A stretch of DNA of 56,234 nt, from the NCBI GenBank assembly GCA_964551975.1, contig CAZKFI010000007.1, positions 1 to 56,234 on the forward strand, in the 5' to 3' direction. Below, piece after piece: positions 32,840 to 42,556 of this stretch (within the stretch, counting starts at the first letter, position 1; each line of letters begins with the position of its first letter). The translations under genes and the position numbers were made by a program. The notes beneath the pieces are model-generated. The model was not told the DNA's origin and made no database searches. It saw only the letters and a list, made by a program, of their open reading frames with translations. Origin of the DNA: an uncultured Bifidobacteriaceae bacterium. GTDB taxonomy: Bacteria > Actinomycetota > Actinomycetes > S36-B12.

Positions 32840-34066
32840 ATGACCTTCGCACTACACGTGGAAACCGAGCGCTGGACCAAGCACGTTGATGGGCGCCTAG
32901 CGCAGATCGCCATCGCAACCGGTCATGCCGCCGTACCCGTGATCAAAGGGGGCGGCTACGGCATCGGTCAGATGCGTCTGTTTGAACAGGCGAACCAACG
33001 TGCCCTGCCCTGGATAGCCGTCGGCACCGTCTTTGAAGCCCTAGAATTCCTCGAAGCCCCTCAGTGGGATGAGAGTGCTCAGACTCTCGGGGCTCCTCGC
33101 TGCCGCATCCTGGTTCTGGAGCCCTTCGATCCGCGTGACCGCATCGCATTGGCCGCATGGGAACGTCTCCCCCACGATGCGGTGACGCGCACCATCGGCA
33201 GTGCGCAGGGACTTCAGGCAGTCTGTCAACTCGGTGCCGAGAGAACCGGGAGTAGTTCCGGGGTCCCGATCATTCTGGAAGCCCAATCTTCGATGCGGCG
33301 ATTCGGGTTCACCGATGCAGAGCTGCTGCAGGTACTCGCCGAAGCTTCGACACGGAGCGCCCTGCGAGCCGGCCATGTCGTACTGGAGGGTCTCAGTCTG
33401 CATCTGCCACTGGCCCAGCCAGCCGATGACATTTCCCCTCGAGGTAGTGGCAGTTCACCGAGCTCAGCGAAAGTCCACAGTGCGAAGGTTCGACAACTCC
33501 TGCAGTGGATGGGTCTGTGGCAGGCGGAGATCAGTCAACTCCAGCCCGGTGACGTACCAGGAGTCTGGGTTTCACACTGCACCGATGAAGAACTGCTCGA
33601 GGTCACCAGCGCCGTGCCGCAGGTACCGCTACGGCTTCGAACCGGGACTGACCTCTGGCTTGGTGACCGACGTGCACTCCATGCTCGAGGAACTGTCCTG
33701 AGCGTGGTCTGCCTGACAGGTGGTGCACCGGCCGGGTATCGGCAACGCAGTCGATCACGCGATGGTCAGGTCGTCACTGTGTCCGGTGGCACCTGGCATG
33801 GCGTAGGCCTGCAGGCGCCCTCTCCGGTCAGCACCGTGCGTCAGCGAGCCGTTGCCGCCGGCACAGGCGCCCTCGACGCTGCCGGGCGGGCACTGTCGCC
33901 GTTCACCTGGGATGGGCGTCAGCGCTGGTTCGTTGAACCACCCCATCAACACGTGAGCATGCTCTGGTTGCCGAGTAATTGCCCGCCACCAACCATTGGG
34001 GCCGAATTGGATGCCGACGTGCGATTTACAACGACGCGATTCGATCAGGTTCTTGGTCTGGACTGA
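32840..34066 (+). CDS. alanine racemase-fold (PLP, TIM barrel + beta domain) protein of unknown specificity
   Basis: 'VPVIKGGGYGIG' resembles the Alr PLP-Lys motif (vKAnAYGhG). The C-terminal beta domain has 'AGYRQR'. ATG at 32840 is preceded by AGGAGG, so the track start at 32663 was rejected. Confidence 0.55.
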   Translation: MTFALHVETERWTKHVDGRLAQIAIATGHAAVPVIKGGGYGIGQMRLFEQANQRALPWIAVGTVFEALEFLEAPQWDESAQTLGAPRCRILVLEPFDPRDRIALAAWERLPHDAVTRTIGSAQGLQAVCQLGAERTGSSSGVPIILEAQSSMRRFGFTDAELLQVLAEASTRSALRAGHVVLEGLSLHLPLAQPADDISPRGSGSSPSSAKVHSAKVRQLLQWMGLWQAEISQLQPGDVPGVWVSHCTDEELLEVTSAVPQVPLRLRTGTDLWLGDRRALHARGTVLSVVCLTGGAPAGYRQRSRSRDGQVVTVSGGTWHGVGLQAPSPVSTVRQRAVAAGTGALDAAGRALSPFTWDGRQRWFVEPPHQHVSMLWLPSNCPPPTIGAELDADVRFTTTRFDQVLGLD

Positions 34067-35471
34067 CATCCCTAGGTCGCGGCGCCCGATGCATTCGCCA
34101 TGCTTCCGGCGCATGATCGAAGGGACCACCCCCTGGGTCATCGCTGTCTTCGAGGAATCCATCACTGCGAACAGGATCCTTCGACGGGTTGAGGATGTCG
34201 CGAATGATCATGATGGCGAAGTATGCGGTGGCAACAACATGTACAAGGATCGCCGCTGAGTACCACTGCGGGGTCAGTCCCTTGGTGTCCTCCATGCCGT
34301 AGCCGACGAGGAACCACCAAATGGCTGCGAAGTAGACAAGTTCACCGGCCTGCCAGATGAGGAAATCCCGCCACCGTGGTCGTGCGAGGGCAGCGAGCGG
34401 CACCAGCCACAGTACGTACTGCGGTGAATACACCTTGTTCGTCAATACGAAGGCCGCGATGATGAGGAACAGAACTTGTGCCAAACGTGGTCGGCGTGGC
34501 GCGAGCAGCACCAGTCCAGAGATACCGATGAGCAGCAGCGAAAGCGCTCCAGTTGCGACCGTGTTGAGGATGTCTGGGGGTACGCCGGGCAGACCAGCCT
34601 GGGTGATTGCGAACCAGATCGAACCGAAATCCTCGCCGCGCTCGCGACTGAAACCGTAGAAGTACGACCAGCCGTCCCATGCAAGGAGCGCTACCGGACC
34701 GTTCACCACCAGCCAGGCTGCGGCCGTGCCGCCCACGAGCAGTAGGAAGGCCTTCCACCGTCCCGTTCGCAGCGTCAGCAAACCGAATCCGAGCAGGAAG
34801 AACACTGGATAGAACTTTGCTGCGATGGCCAGACCCAGGAAGATGCCGGCTGCCAGCGGCCATTGCCTAGCCCACAGCGCAAGGCTGACACCGGCAAACG
34901 CCAATGGCAGGAGATCCCAGTTGATGGTTGCGGCGAAGATCACCGTCGGAGCCAGCGCCACCATGGCCGCATCCCATGGCCGTCGACGAACGGTGAGCGC
35001 CGTGGCCACCACGGCAACCAGCAGGGCAAGCCAAAGCCCGATCACGTTCACGTCGAAAAACGTGGTGGCGGCGTTCTCAAAACCCGGTACTCGAAGCAGG
35101 ATTCCCGTCACACCTGCAGCAATGAGCATGAACACCCCGGTGAGGACCGGGTACTCCAATGGCACGCCATCCGCGGGAATCTGGAAATACGGCAGTAGTC
35201 CATCGGCGAAACCTCGAAGCGAGTACAGCGGTGGAATATCGGAGTAGCACAGATGCTCGTAGCGCTCCGGTGACATCCAGCCGGTGTTGCGGCAGGCCAG
35301 GTCAAGGACGTAACCGAGCACGTAACCCAAGGTGGCTAGGACGATCAACACCCGCAGCGGCGTCCACCAGGTGGCACCCACTGCCGCCATCCGCCCCACG
35401 CGACCACCGATACCCGCACTGCCGCTAGCTACCACGGGATCGTCGTGGCTTGGCATGACTATGCGCTTCAT
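34026..35471 (-). CDS. GT87 / DUF2029-family polytopic glycosyltransferase-like membrane protein (Rv0051-like)
   Basis: 481 aa with more than 10 TM segments. Its position immediately downstream of ponA matches Mtb Rv0051. The ATG overlaps the ponA stop (ATGA, 35468-35471). Confidence 0.65.
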   Translation of the reverse strand: MKRIVMPSHDDPVVASGSAGIGGRVGRMAAVGATWWTPLRVLIVLATLGYVLGYVLDLACRNTGWMSPERYEHLCYSDIPPLYSLRGFADGLLPYFQIPADGVPLEYPVLTGVFMLIAAGVTGILLRVPGFENAATTFFDVNVIGLWLALLVAVVATALTVRRRPWDAAMVALAPTVIFAATINWDLLPLAFAGVSLALWARQWPLAAGIFLGLAIAAKFYPVFFLLGFGLLTLRTGRWKAFLLLVGGTAAAWLVVNGPVALLAWDGWSYFYGFSRERGEDFGSIWFAITQAGLPGVPPDILNTVATGALSLLLIGISGLVLLAPRRPRLAQVLFLIIAAFVLTNKVYSPQYVLWLVPLAALARPRWRDFLIWQAGELVYFAAIWWFLVGYGMEDTKGLTPQWYSAAILVHVVATAYFAIMIIRDILNPSKDPVRSDGFLEDSDDPGGGPFDHAPEAWRMHRAPRPRDVSPDQEPDRIASL

Positions 35472-37747
35472 GAAAGTCCCGGGATGTCAGGTGGTCCATC
35501 GGATGGCGGACCGGTCGGAGCTGGATTTGTTGGATTTGCTGGATTTGTCGGCGGAGCGTTCGTGGGCCCCGCATCGGTGGGTAGCCCATCAGTGGGTGAC
35601 CCATCAGTTGGAGCCAGATCAGTTGGCCCAAGCTCTGTTGGGCTTGGTAGCAGATCAGTTGGCAGGGCGGAGGGATCGAATTCGGCGGCACTTGGTGAGG
35701 GGCAACCCGGTGGGATCTCTACAGCCACGGCCGATGCTTCAATCGAGGTCTCATCGGATGGTGGGAGCACACTGGGGCAATCCAGTTTCTCAAGCGCCGA
35801 CTTCGGTGGTCCCGGGAAGTCTTCGATCGGCGCGTCGGCGAGTGCTGCTGCCATAAAGGCGCTCCAGATGGCCGCTGGGAAGGAGCCACCGGTCACCGTG
35901 CGTAGACCTCCGGTACCTGACAGTGAGACGGGAAGGCCTTCGGCGTCTTCCTTCGCCATCAATACCGCGGCAGCCAACTGCGGGGTGTAGCCAACGAACC
36001 AGGCACTCTTGTTGTCGTCGGTGGTTCCGGTCTTAGCTGCAGCAGGACGCCCAATGGATCCAGCGGCAAATGCCGTGCCCGACTTCACCGTGCGTACGAG
36101 GGCATAACTGACAGTGTTTGCGACATCGGGATCAAATGCCGTTTGCGTTCGCGGTTCGAATTCAAACAGCAAGCCATCGTTGGGGCCGCGAACCTGCTTG
36201 ATGACTGTCGGGGTTGCCTGCTGGCCTTCTGCCGCGAAGGTCGCATACGCATTGGCCATGCTGAGCCCTGACGGTGAGGCGGTGCCCAACACAAAGGTGA
36301 GGTCTAACTGGTCAAGGTTCAAACCCGGAGTGTCCGCCGGTACACCAGCGCGTAGCGCCGCATCGGCAACTGCTTGCACCCCAACGGCGTCTTCTACTTC
36401 GACGTAGGCGGTATTGACACTGTCTTCGGTTGCCTTCAATAGCGTGATCGTGCCGAAGGAACGATCCCCGTAATTCGTCAGGGTGTAGCCCTTGATGGTC
36501 GCCGGTGAGTCACCGTTCCATACGGATTTCAGTGGAATCCCTGCTTCCGTCGCCGCAGCCAGGGCAAACGGCTTGAACGTGGATCCCGCCTGAGCGAATG
36601 GTCGCGTTGCGTTGTTGATCTGATCGTCGATGAAGTCTTCACCCCCGAACATGGCAATCACCTCACCGGTTCCCGGACGCACGGCAGCCAAGCCGATGCG
36701 TAGGCCCTTGGTTGCCGAAGTCGGTCCTGCCTCCTCGACCGCACGCACCGCTGCTCGTTGTGCACGACGGTCGAAAGTTGAGGTGATGTGCAGCCCGCCG
36801 CGTTGAATCTCCGTCTCATCGAATCCCAGGGCAACAAGTTCGGCGGTGACAGCGTTCAGGAGGAATCCGGTCTGGCCGCCAAGACGATCTGTGGCACGCT
36901 GCTTGATGATCTTGGGGAATTCGGCCTGCTGCCGTTGCTGTTCGGTGAGCCATCCGCGTTCCACCATGGCATCAAGGACGTACGACCAGCGTGCCCGCAA
37001 CTGCTGCGGCTGCTCTTCGGGTGCCAACCCATTCGGCGACTTGATTAGCGATGCAAGGACTGCTCCCTGAGCTGCATCGAGTTCCGCTGCCGGAACACCG
37101 AAGTAGGCGATAGCGGCAGCCTCGATTCCATAGGCGCCGCGGCCGAAATAAATCGTGTTGAGGTAGTCGTTCAGGATTTGATCCTTCGAAACCAGAGTCT
37201 CCAGCTTCACTGCAAGGAGGGTCTCCCGGAGCTTGCGCGTCCAGGACCGCTCCTGCGTGAGAAATGCGTTCTTCGCATACTGCTGGGTGATCGTCGAACC
37301 GCCCTGGAGTGAGCCACCTGTGAGGTTGTTCAGGACTGCCCGCACGACACTCACCGGCGAAATCCCACCGTGCTCGTAGAAGTCTCGGTCCTCTGCCGCC
37401 AGTACGGCGCGCTGCACCCGTTCGGGAACATCGGCCAGCAGCACACTGCGTCGGGTGGCCTCGCCGAGCCTGCCCAGTTCGCTGCCATCGGACCAGTAGA
37501 CGATCGTCGCCTCACTTGTTGCAACTTCATTGGGCGTCGGCACGTCCGTTCTGGCCACTGCCACCGCGAACACCCCACCCAAAACCAGGGCGAGGAACCC
37601 AATGAGCAGCAGCAGACGAAGGATCCAGCGGCCAGCGCCTGAGCGGCGACGTCCGGAGCGTCGAGCACCTGCGCCTCGATCACCGGATCGCCGCCTAGTA
37701 GAGCGTCGTTGCGACCCTCGCGATCCCTGTGGCCGCGGATTGCTCAC
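35468..37747 (-). CDS. ponA: class A penicillin-binding protein (transglycosylase + transpeptidase)
   Basis: GT51 motifs 'AAEDRDFYEHGG' and 'GGSTITQQYAKN'. TPase motifs 'AGSTFKPF' (SxxK) and 'KTGTT'. Arg-rich N-tail, a single TM and a Pro/Thr repeat C-tail. GTG start with GGGAGGGA upstream. Confidence 0.9.
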   Translation of the reverse strand: MSNPRPQGSRGSQRRSTRRRSGDRGAGARRSGRRRSGAGRWILRLLLLIGFLALVLGGVFAVAVARTDVPTPNEVATSEATIVYWSDGSELGRLGEATRRSVLLADVPERVQRAVLAAEDRDFYEHGGISPVSVVRAVLNNLTGGSLQGGSTITQQYAKNAFLTQERSWTRKLRETLLAVKLETLVSKDQILNDYLNTIYFGRGAYGIEAAAIAYFGVPAAELDAAQGAVLASLIKSPNGLAPEEQPQQLRARWSYVLDAMVERGWLTEQQRQQAEFPKIIKQRATDRLGGQTGFLLNAVTAELVALGFDETEIQRGGLHITSTFDRRAQRAAVRAVEEAGPTSATKGLRIGLAAVRPGTGEVIAMFGGEDFIDDQINNATRPFAQAGSTFKPFALAAATEAGIPLKSVWNGDSPATIKGYTLTNYGDRSFGTITLLKATEDSVNTAYVEVEDAVGVQAVADAALRAGVPADTPGLNLDQLDLTFVLGTASPSGLSMANAYATFAAEGQQATPTVIKQVRGPNDGLLFEFEPRTQTAFDPDVANTVSYALVRTVKSGTAFAAGSIGRPAAAKTGTTDDNKSAWFVGYTPQLAAAVLMAKEDAEGLPVSLSGTGGLRTVTGGSFPAAIWSAFMAAALADAPIEDFPGPPKSALEKLDCPSVLPPSDETSIEASAVAVEIPPGCPSPSAAEFDPSALPTDLLPSPTELGPTDLAPTDGSPTDGLPTDAGPTNAPPTNPANPTNPAPTGPPSDGPPDIPGLS
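35471..35662. repeat. in-frame 15-nt-period repeat encoding the xxPTD/xxPTN pentapeptide tail of the PBP
   Basis: Protein reads LGPTD LAPTD GSPTD GLPTD AGPTN APPTN PANPTN. The DNA periodicity is visible on the plus strand (…CCCATCAGTGGGTGA CCCATCAGTTGGAGC CAGATCAGTTGGCCC…). Confidence 0.8.
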
Positions 37748-37783
37748 CTGCCGCTATCCCTCCCGGCCAATGGTCGGCCGCCG

Positions 37784-38308
37784 TCAGGGCTCCATGACAC
37801 CACGGGATCGACGGGAGCGTCGACGCGGCACACCGTGACCCAGGGTGAAGGCGGTTACCAGGAAGTTCCACTCACAGCGTTGGCACACCTCGACCACGTA
37901 GACCCGGAACTCGGCATATTCCATCGCCATGGGACGTAGGTCGCTGCTGGCGATCGCTCCACCAGACGACGGTCCCAGTTCCTCACCGAATGCGTAGGTC
38001 ACATGCACCAGGGACTGGATCCGGCAGGCGGGACAGGTCACATCCGTCGATTCCCCATGGAAGCGCGCAGCCCTCATGAGGTACGGATCCGCGTCACAGA
38101 ATTCGCTTGTCAGGGCACCGCCGGAATAGAGCGTGCGCACAGCGGTTCGTCGCTGCAAGACGTAGTCGATGACGGCCCGAGGTGCGGTCGGATCGGCGAT
38201 CGGTTCGCTGCGACGCGAACCTGAACCAGTGCCGCTACTCCGGGATTCACCGCGCACGCGCGAACCTCGGATCGTCGAGGGCCGTGACTGGGAGCGCGGT
38301 ACCGCCAT
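37784..38308 (-). CDS. DUF5318-family protein (Rv0049-like)
   Basis: 'CDADPYLMRAARFHGE...CPACR...VVEVCQRCEWN' gives a Cys4-type signature. Its position upstream of ponA matches Mtb Rv0049. The Ser/Arg-rich N-terminus may be over-extended. Confidence 0.65.
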   Translation of the reverse strand: MAVPRSQSRPSTIRGSRVRGESRSSGTGSGSRRSEPIADPTAPRAVIDYVLQRRTAVRTLYSGGALTSEFCDADPYLMRAARFHGESTDVTCPACRIQSLVHVTYAFGEELGPSSGGAIASSDLRPMAMEYAEFRVYVVEVCQRCEWNFLVTAFTLGHGVPRRRSRRSRGVMEP

Positions 38309-38439
38309 CCTGGGATTCTAAGCGCGCTAGTCGAGGCAGGTGTGGGTACCGAATCACTTCACCCGCCCGGTAGCGTCACGAATATGCCCGCTACGCAGGG
38401 TCAACGTCGCTTCACCGGGTGTGCGCGCAGGAGCGGCGT

Positions 38440-39756
38440 GTGACCGGGGCAGTTCAGCGGCTGCGTGATCTGCGAGCTGTACTGGAGTCCACTGGCTTTC
38501 GCAGGTTGGTCAGCGTGCGCCTGGTTGGTCAGTTCTCCGACGGTCTGCTGCAGGCAGCACTGGCAACCTTCGTCCTGTTCTCACCCGAACGCCAGCCTGA
38601 TGCACTCAAAGTAGCTACCGCGTTCACGATCCTGCTGCTGCCGTACTCCCTGATCGGGCCGTTCGCCGGAGTGCTCCTGGATCGCTGGCGTCGCCGCAAT
38701 GTGCTCGTCGTCGCGAATTGGCTGAAAGCTGGCTTCGTCCTTCCTGTCCTTGCACTTGTTGCTGCCGGCAATGACGGCCTATTCCTCGGAGTCGCCGTAC
38801 TCATCGTCCTCGGTATTGGGCGATTCGTCTTGGCTGGCCTTTCCGCGAGCCTGCCGCACGTGGTGGACGGGAAGACCCTGGTCACTGCGAATGCCATCGC
38901 GCCCACGGCCGGAACGATGATGGCAGCTCTTGGTGCGATCACCGGCGTGGCACTTCGCGCCGGGTTGGGTGGCGACGATCGCGGCAGCTTGATGATTCTG
39001 GCTCTCGCAGCCACGGGATTCCTGCTCGCTGGACTGCTGGCACTTCGTATGCGCGCGAACCAATTGGGTCCGGATGGTCGCCGTCCCGGCGATTCACCAC
39101 GGGCCATCGCCACTGGCATGGTTGATGGGATTTGTACCCTCATCGGCGCACCAACTGCCGGCCGCGCGGTGCTGATGGTGGGGATACATCGAATCGCCTT
39201 CGGAGTGCTCACCGTGGGTGCACTCCTCTTCGTTCGCAACGCCCTGCACCCACCCTCAGCAGCTGACGCCGCCTTGAATGACTTTGCGTTGATTACCGGA
39301 GCTGCGGCACTCGGTGGGCTGCTCGGTGCAATCTCCACGCCAGCCGCCGCGCGGCGACTGGGTCCGGTGCCCTGGTCCTCTCTTGCATTGGCACAGGCTG
39401 GCCTTATCGGCATCGGGCTCGTCCTACTCGGCACCCAGCTTCCGGAACTACCTTGGGTGCTCCTCGGCGCGATCAGCGTCGGATTCGCTGGGCAATCAGT
39501 CAAGGTGTGTTCGGACGCGCTCGTCCAGCAGCACATCGCCGACGATCACCTCGGTCGGGTTTTCGCCATCTTCGACATGTTCGTCAATGTCTGTTTGGTT
39601 AGCGGGATTTCCCTCATGGCCTTCACTGCACCGAGTAGCGGTCAGGCACCGATGCTGTATGCCATCACAGGTATCGGGCTAGTCCTCGCGGCTTCCTGGT
39701 ACTTCCGGGTGTCAGGGCCTAGCATGCGCACAGTGACCAGGGAGGGCCCACGATGA
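38440..39756 (+). CDS. MFS transporter
   Basis: About 12 TM segments, with 'LLDRWRRR' in the loop 2-3 position. GTG at 38440 is preceded by AGGAG at 6 nt. The track GTG at 38419 remains possible. Confidence 0.7.
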   Translation: MTGAVQRLRDLRAVLESTGFRRLVSVRLVGQFSDGLLQAALATFVLFSPERQPDALKVATAFTILLLPYSLIGPFAGVLLDRWRRRNVLVVANWLKAGFVLPVLALVAAGNDGLFLGVAVLIVLGIGRFVLAGLSASLPHVVDGKTLVTANAIAPTAGTMMAALGAITGVALRAGLGGDDRGSLMILALAATGFLLAGLLALRMRANQLGPDGRRPGDSPRAIATGMVDGICTLIGAPTAGRAVLMVGIHRIAFGVLTVGALLFVRNALHPPSAADAALNDFALITGAAALGGLLGAISTPAAARRLGPVPWSSLALAQAGLIGIGLVLLGTQLPELPWVLLGAISVGFAGQSVKVCSDALVQQHIADDHLGRVFAIFDMFVNVCLVSGISLMAFTAPSSGQAPMLYAITGIGLVLAASWYFRVSGPSMRTVTREGPR

Positions 39757-40988
39757 CTGAAACACTGCAGGCAGCAGTTCCACCGAGTTCGGGAGCGACT
39801 GCGAAGCCGCGAAAGAGCGTGGGCCGACTCATTGCGGCCATCCTTGTCTTCATCATTGCGGCACTCAGTACACCCGTCGCTTTGGTGGGCAACTGGGGCT
39901 ACCAGACAATTTCTGACGCAACGGTGTACATGGAGACGGTGACTCCGCTTGCGGAGAGTCCAGCGATTCAGGAAAGCATCTCGGCGGCCATCACCGATGC
40001 GATCGTCAAGCAGGTCGATACCCAAGCTCTGGTAAGCCAGGTCCTGGGAGTCGTGGTCAAGGACGAGAAGCTCACCAGCGCACTGGCCGCTCCCTTGGCC
40101 GCCGGAGTGAACGGACTCATCGCCGATCTCGTGCGGCGATTTGTGGCCTCGGATGCATTCCAAAAGATTTGGGTCAGCGTCAATATCGCCGCACAGCGCG
40201 GCATCATGGCCATCCTGCAGGGCAACAAGGGTGGCGTCGTGCAATTGGTCGGCGACAAGCTCGTTCTCGATGTTTCAGAAATGCTCGACGCGGTCAAGAA
40301 AGAAGTTGTCGCAGCAGGGTTCACCCTCGCTGAGAAGGTCACCATCCCTGAAACTGATCGCCAGGTCGTACTCCTTGAGTCGCCGGCGCTTGCTCAGGTA
40401 CGGATGATCTACTCCCTCAGCCAACCTGTCCTGCAGTGGCTACCACTGCTCGTCGGTGCCCTCTTCCTGCTCTCCATTGCGCTGGCCGTGCGCCGATGGG
40501 TGGCCGCACTGCTGGCAGGCATCGTGCTGGTGATCTGGGGCACTGTGATGAGCAGTCTGCTCGAGTACGGACGCAACGTCTTCATTGACCAACTCGCAGG
40601 GACAGTCTTCGCGAAATCCTCCGAGGTGTTCTGGACGACCTTCGTGGCATACCTTGAGCGCGGCATTCAATCACTCCTTATCTTGGGAGTGACCCTCATC
40701 GTTGCGAGTTGGTTTGCAAGCAACTACGCCCTACCCACGCGCATGCGGCAGTCGGTGACCCGAGGGCTTCATCAACTCGGTTCATCATTCAGCAGTGGTG
40801 GCTTCGGGAAGTTCATCAACGAGCGAGCTGCAACGTTGCGTTGGGTCCTGTGCTCGGTAGTCGCACTCATTGCGCTCAGTGGTGACCTGCTGGAGTCCGG
40901 GCGCATGCTGCTGCTCGTTCTGCTGGCGTTCGGCCTGCTCACGCTGGTTGAGTTGTTCAGGGGGTCGAACGCTCACGCCACCAGTTGA
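39753..40988 (+). CDS. hypothetical integral membrane protein
   Basis: 411 aa: an N-terminal TM, an extracytoplasmic segment of about 200 aa, then 5-6 TM segments. The ATG overlaps the MFS stop (ATGA) and GGAGG lies 7 nt upstream. No family recognised. Confidence 0.6.
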   Translation: MTETLQAAVPPSSGATAKPRKSVGRLIAAILVFIIAALSTPVALVGNWGYQTISDATVYMETVTPLAESPAIQESISAAITDAIVKQVDTQALVSQVLGVVVKDEKLTSALAAPLAAGVNGLIADLVRRFVASDAFQKIWVSVNIAAQRGIMAILQGNKGGVVQLVGDKLVLDVSEMLDAVKKEVVAAGFTLAEKVTIPETDRQVVLLESPALAQVRMIYSLSQPVLQWLPLLVGALFLLSIALAVRRWVAALLAGIVLVIWGTVMSSLLEYGRNVFIDQLAGTVFAKSSEVFWTTFVAYLERGIQSLLILGVTLIVASWFASNYALPTRMRQSVTRGLHQLGSSFSSGGFGKFINERAATLRWVLCSVVALIALSGDLLESGRMLLLVLLAFGLLTLVELFRGSNAHATS

Positions 40989-42429
40989 GTAGGAGCTCCT
41001 TCGCCTGGTCTTTATCCATCGGGCCGGCATCAAGTCGCAGTTCCATCAGGTAGCGGTAGGCCTCACCTACTGCTGGGCCTGGTGGTATCTGCAGGAACTC
41101 CATAATCTCCCGCCCATCGAGATCCGGCCGTAGAGCAGCCAACTCCTCCTCAGCCGCTAGGCGGTCAATTCGCTGCTCAAGTTCGTCATAGGTTCGTTGT
41201 AGCCGCAGCGCCCGCTGCTTGTTGCGCGTGGTGCAGTCCGCTCGCGTCAACTTATGCAGCCTGACGAGGAGATCTCCCGCATCACGCACGTATCGACGCA
41301 CTGCTGAATCCGTCCACTCACCGCTGCCGTAACCGTGGAAGCGCAGGTGCAACTCCACCAAGCGGGACACGTCATCAATAACCTCGTTGGGAAAGCGAAG
41401 CGCAGTAAGGCGTTTGCGTGTCATGCGCGCCCCAACCACCTCGTGATGGTGGAAGGACACTCCGCCATCCGACTCGAAGCGTCGAGTCTTCGGCTTACCA
41501 ATGTCATGCAGAAGTGCGGCCAATCGCAAAGTCAGGTCCGGTGCGCAGGTCGGTTCATGTTCCTGCTCTAACGCGATGCACTGCGCCAAGACGATGAGTG
41601 AGTGCTCATAGACGTCTTTATGTCGATGGTGTTCATCCACCTCAAGTTGCAGTTTCGGTAACTCGGGAAGCACTACATCGGCGACCCCGGTGCGCACGAG
41701 GAGATCCAAACCGTCACGGGGATCGGGTGACATCAGCAACTTGGTCAACTCATCACGGATACGTTCCGCTGAGACGATGGAGAGTCGGTGCGCCTCAACG
41801 GTCATTGCCGCAATGACCTCTTCATCTGGCCAGAATCGAAGCTGAGAAACAAAGCGGGCCGCGCGCATGATGCGTAGCGGATCGTCAGTGAAGGATGCGG
41901 TCGCTGCGCCTGGGGTTCGTAACCGACGCTCACTTAAGTCCTCGACACCATGGAAGGGGTCAACGAGCGTCAGGTCGGGAAGTCGTAGGGCCATCGCGTT
42001 GACAGTGAAATCACGGCGCGTGAGATCCCCTTCGAGGGAGTCGCCGAAATCAACTTCGGGTTTACGTGATTCGGGGTCGTATCGTTCGTTGCGATATGTG
42101 GTGATCTCGCATTCGCGACCCTGGATGCGGGCACCGACGGTCCCGAATCTGATTCCCACCTCCCAGGTCGACGAGGCGAGGTCGTCGAGGATCTGCAGCG
42201 TCGTCTGAGGATGCGCATCGGTGGTGAAATCGAGATCAGTTTGCGGGCCGAGCCGACCAAGGAGTGCGTCACGTACCGGTCCGCCAACGAGGTTCACCTG
42301 GTGGCCGTGACGAGTGAAGGCTTCACCGATTGCCTGCAGAATCGGTGCGATCGGCAGAAGCCGTTGGACCGCCTGACGCTGCAATTGCTCGACGGTATCG
42401 CCGCGACGAGCGTCGGTGCGGCTTGACAT
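40957..42429 (-). CDS. cca: CCA tRNA nucleotidyltransferase with HD domain
   Basis: 'LVGGPVRDALLGR...DLDFTT' is the polymerase-beta NT motif. 'RAARF' and the HD region 'LLHDIGKP' are present. Confidence 0.85.
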   Translation of the reverse strand: MSSRTDARRGDTVEQLQRQAVQRLLPIAPILQAIGEAFTRHGHQVNLVGGPVRDALLGRLGPQTDLDFTTDAHPQTTLQILDDLASSTWEVGIRFGTVGARIQGRECEITTYRNERYDPESRKPEVDFGDSLEGDLTRRDFTVNAMALRLPDLTLVDPFHGVEDLSERRLRTPGAATASFTDDPLRIMRAARFVSQLRFWPDEEVIAAMTVEAHRLSIVSAERIRDELTKLLMSPDPRDGLDLLVRTGVADVVLPELPKLQLEVDEHHRHKDVYEHSLIVLAQCIALEQEHEPTCAPDLTLRLAALLHDIGKPKTRRFESDGGVSFHHHEVVGARMTRKRLTALRFPNEVIDDVSRLVELHLRFHGYGSGEWTDSAVRRYVRDAGDLLVRLHKLTRADCTTRNKQRALRLQRTYDELEQRIDRLAAEEELAALRPDLDGREIMEFLQIPPGPAVGEAYRYLMELRLDAGPMDKDQAKELLLNWWRERSTP

Positions 42430-42556
42430 ATCGGCGAGCCTACCGGCGGTGCATGCGCTTGCTTATCACCGAAGTGCGCATGCGCTGACATATCCTGCAG
42501 ACATGGCAGCGCCAGCGCGCGGGTTGCGGGCGCGCGCCCTTCCCTCATCACGATCA

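Noticed and set aside
38529-39536. 335-aa ORF antisense to the MFS transporter gene. Similar long shadow ORFs occur at 52678-53676, 2462-3286, 5270-5968, 46515-47213, 48657-49316, 20138-20794 and 30623-31186.
   Set aside because: Each lies entirely within a well-supported CDS on the other strand or in another frame. Their translations are Arg/Pro/Ser/Ala-rich low-complexity sequence with no recognisable motifs. Open antisense frames of this kind are expected in high-GC DNA.
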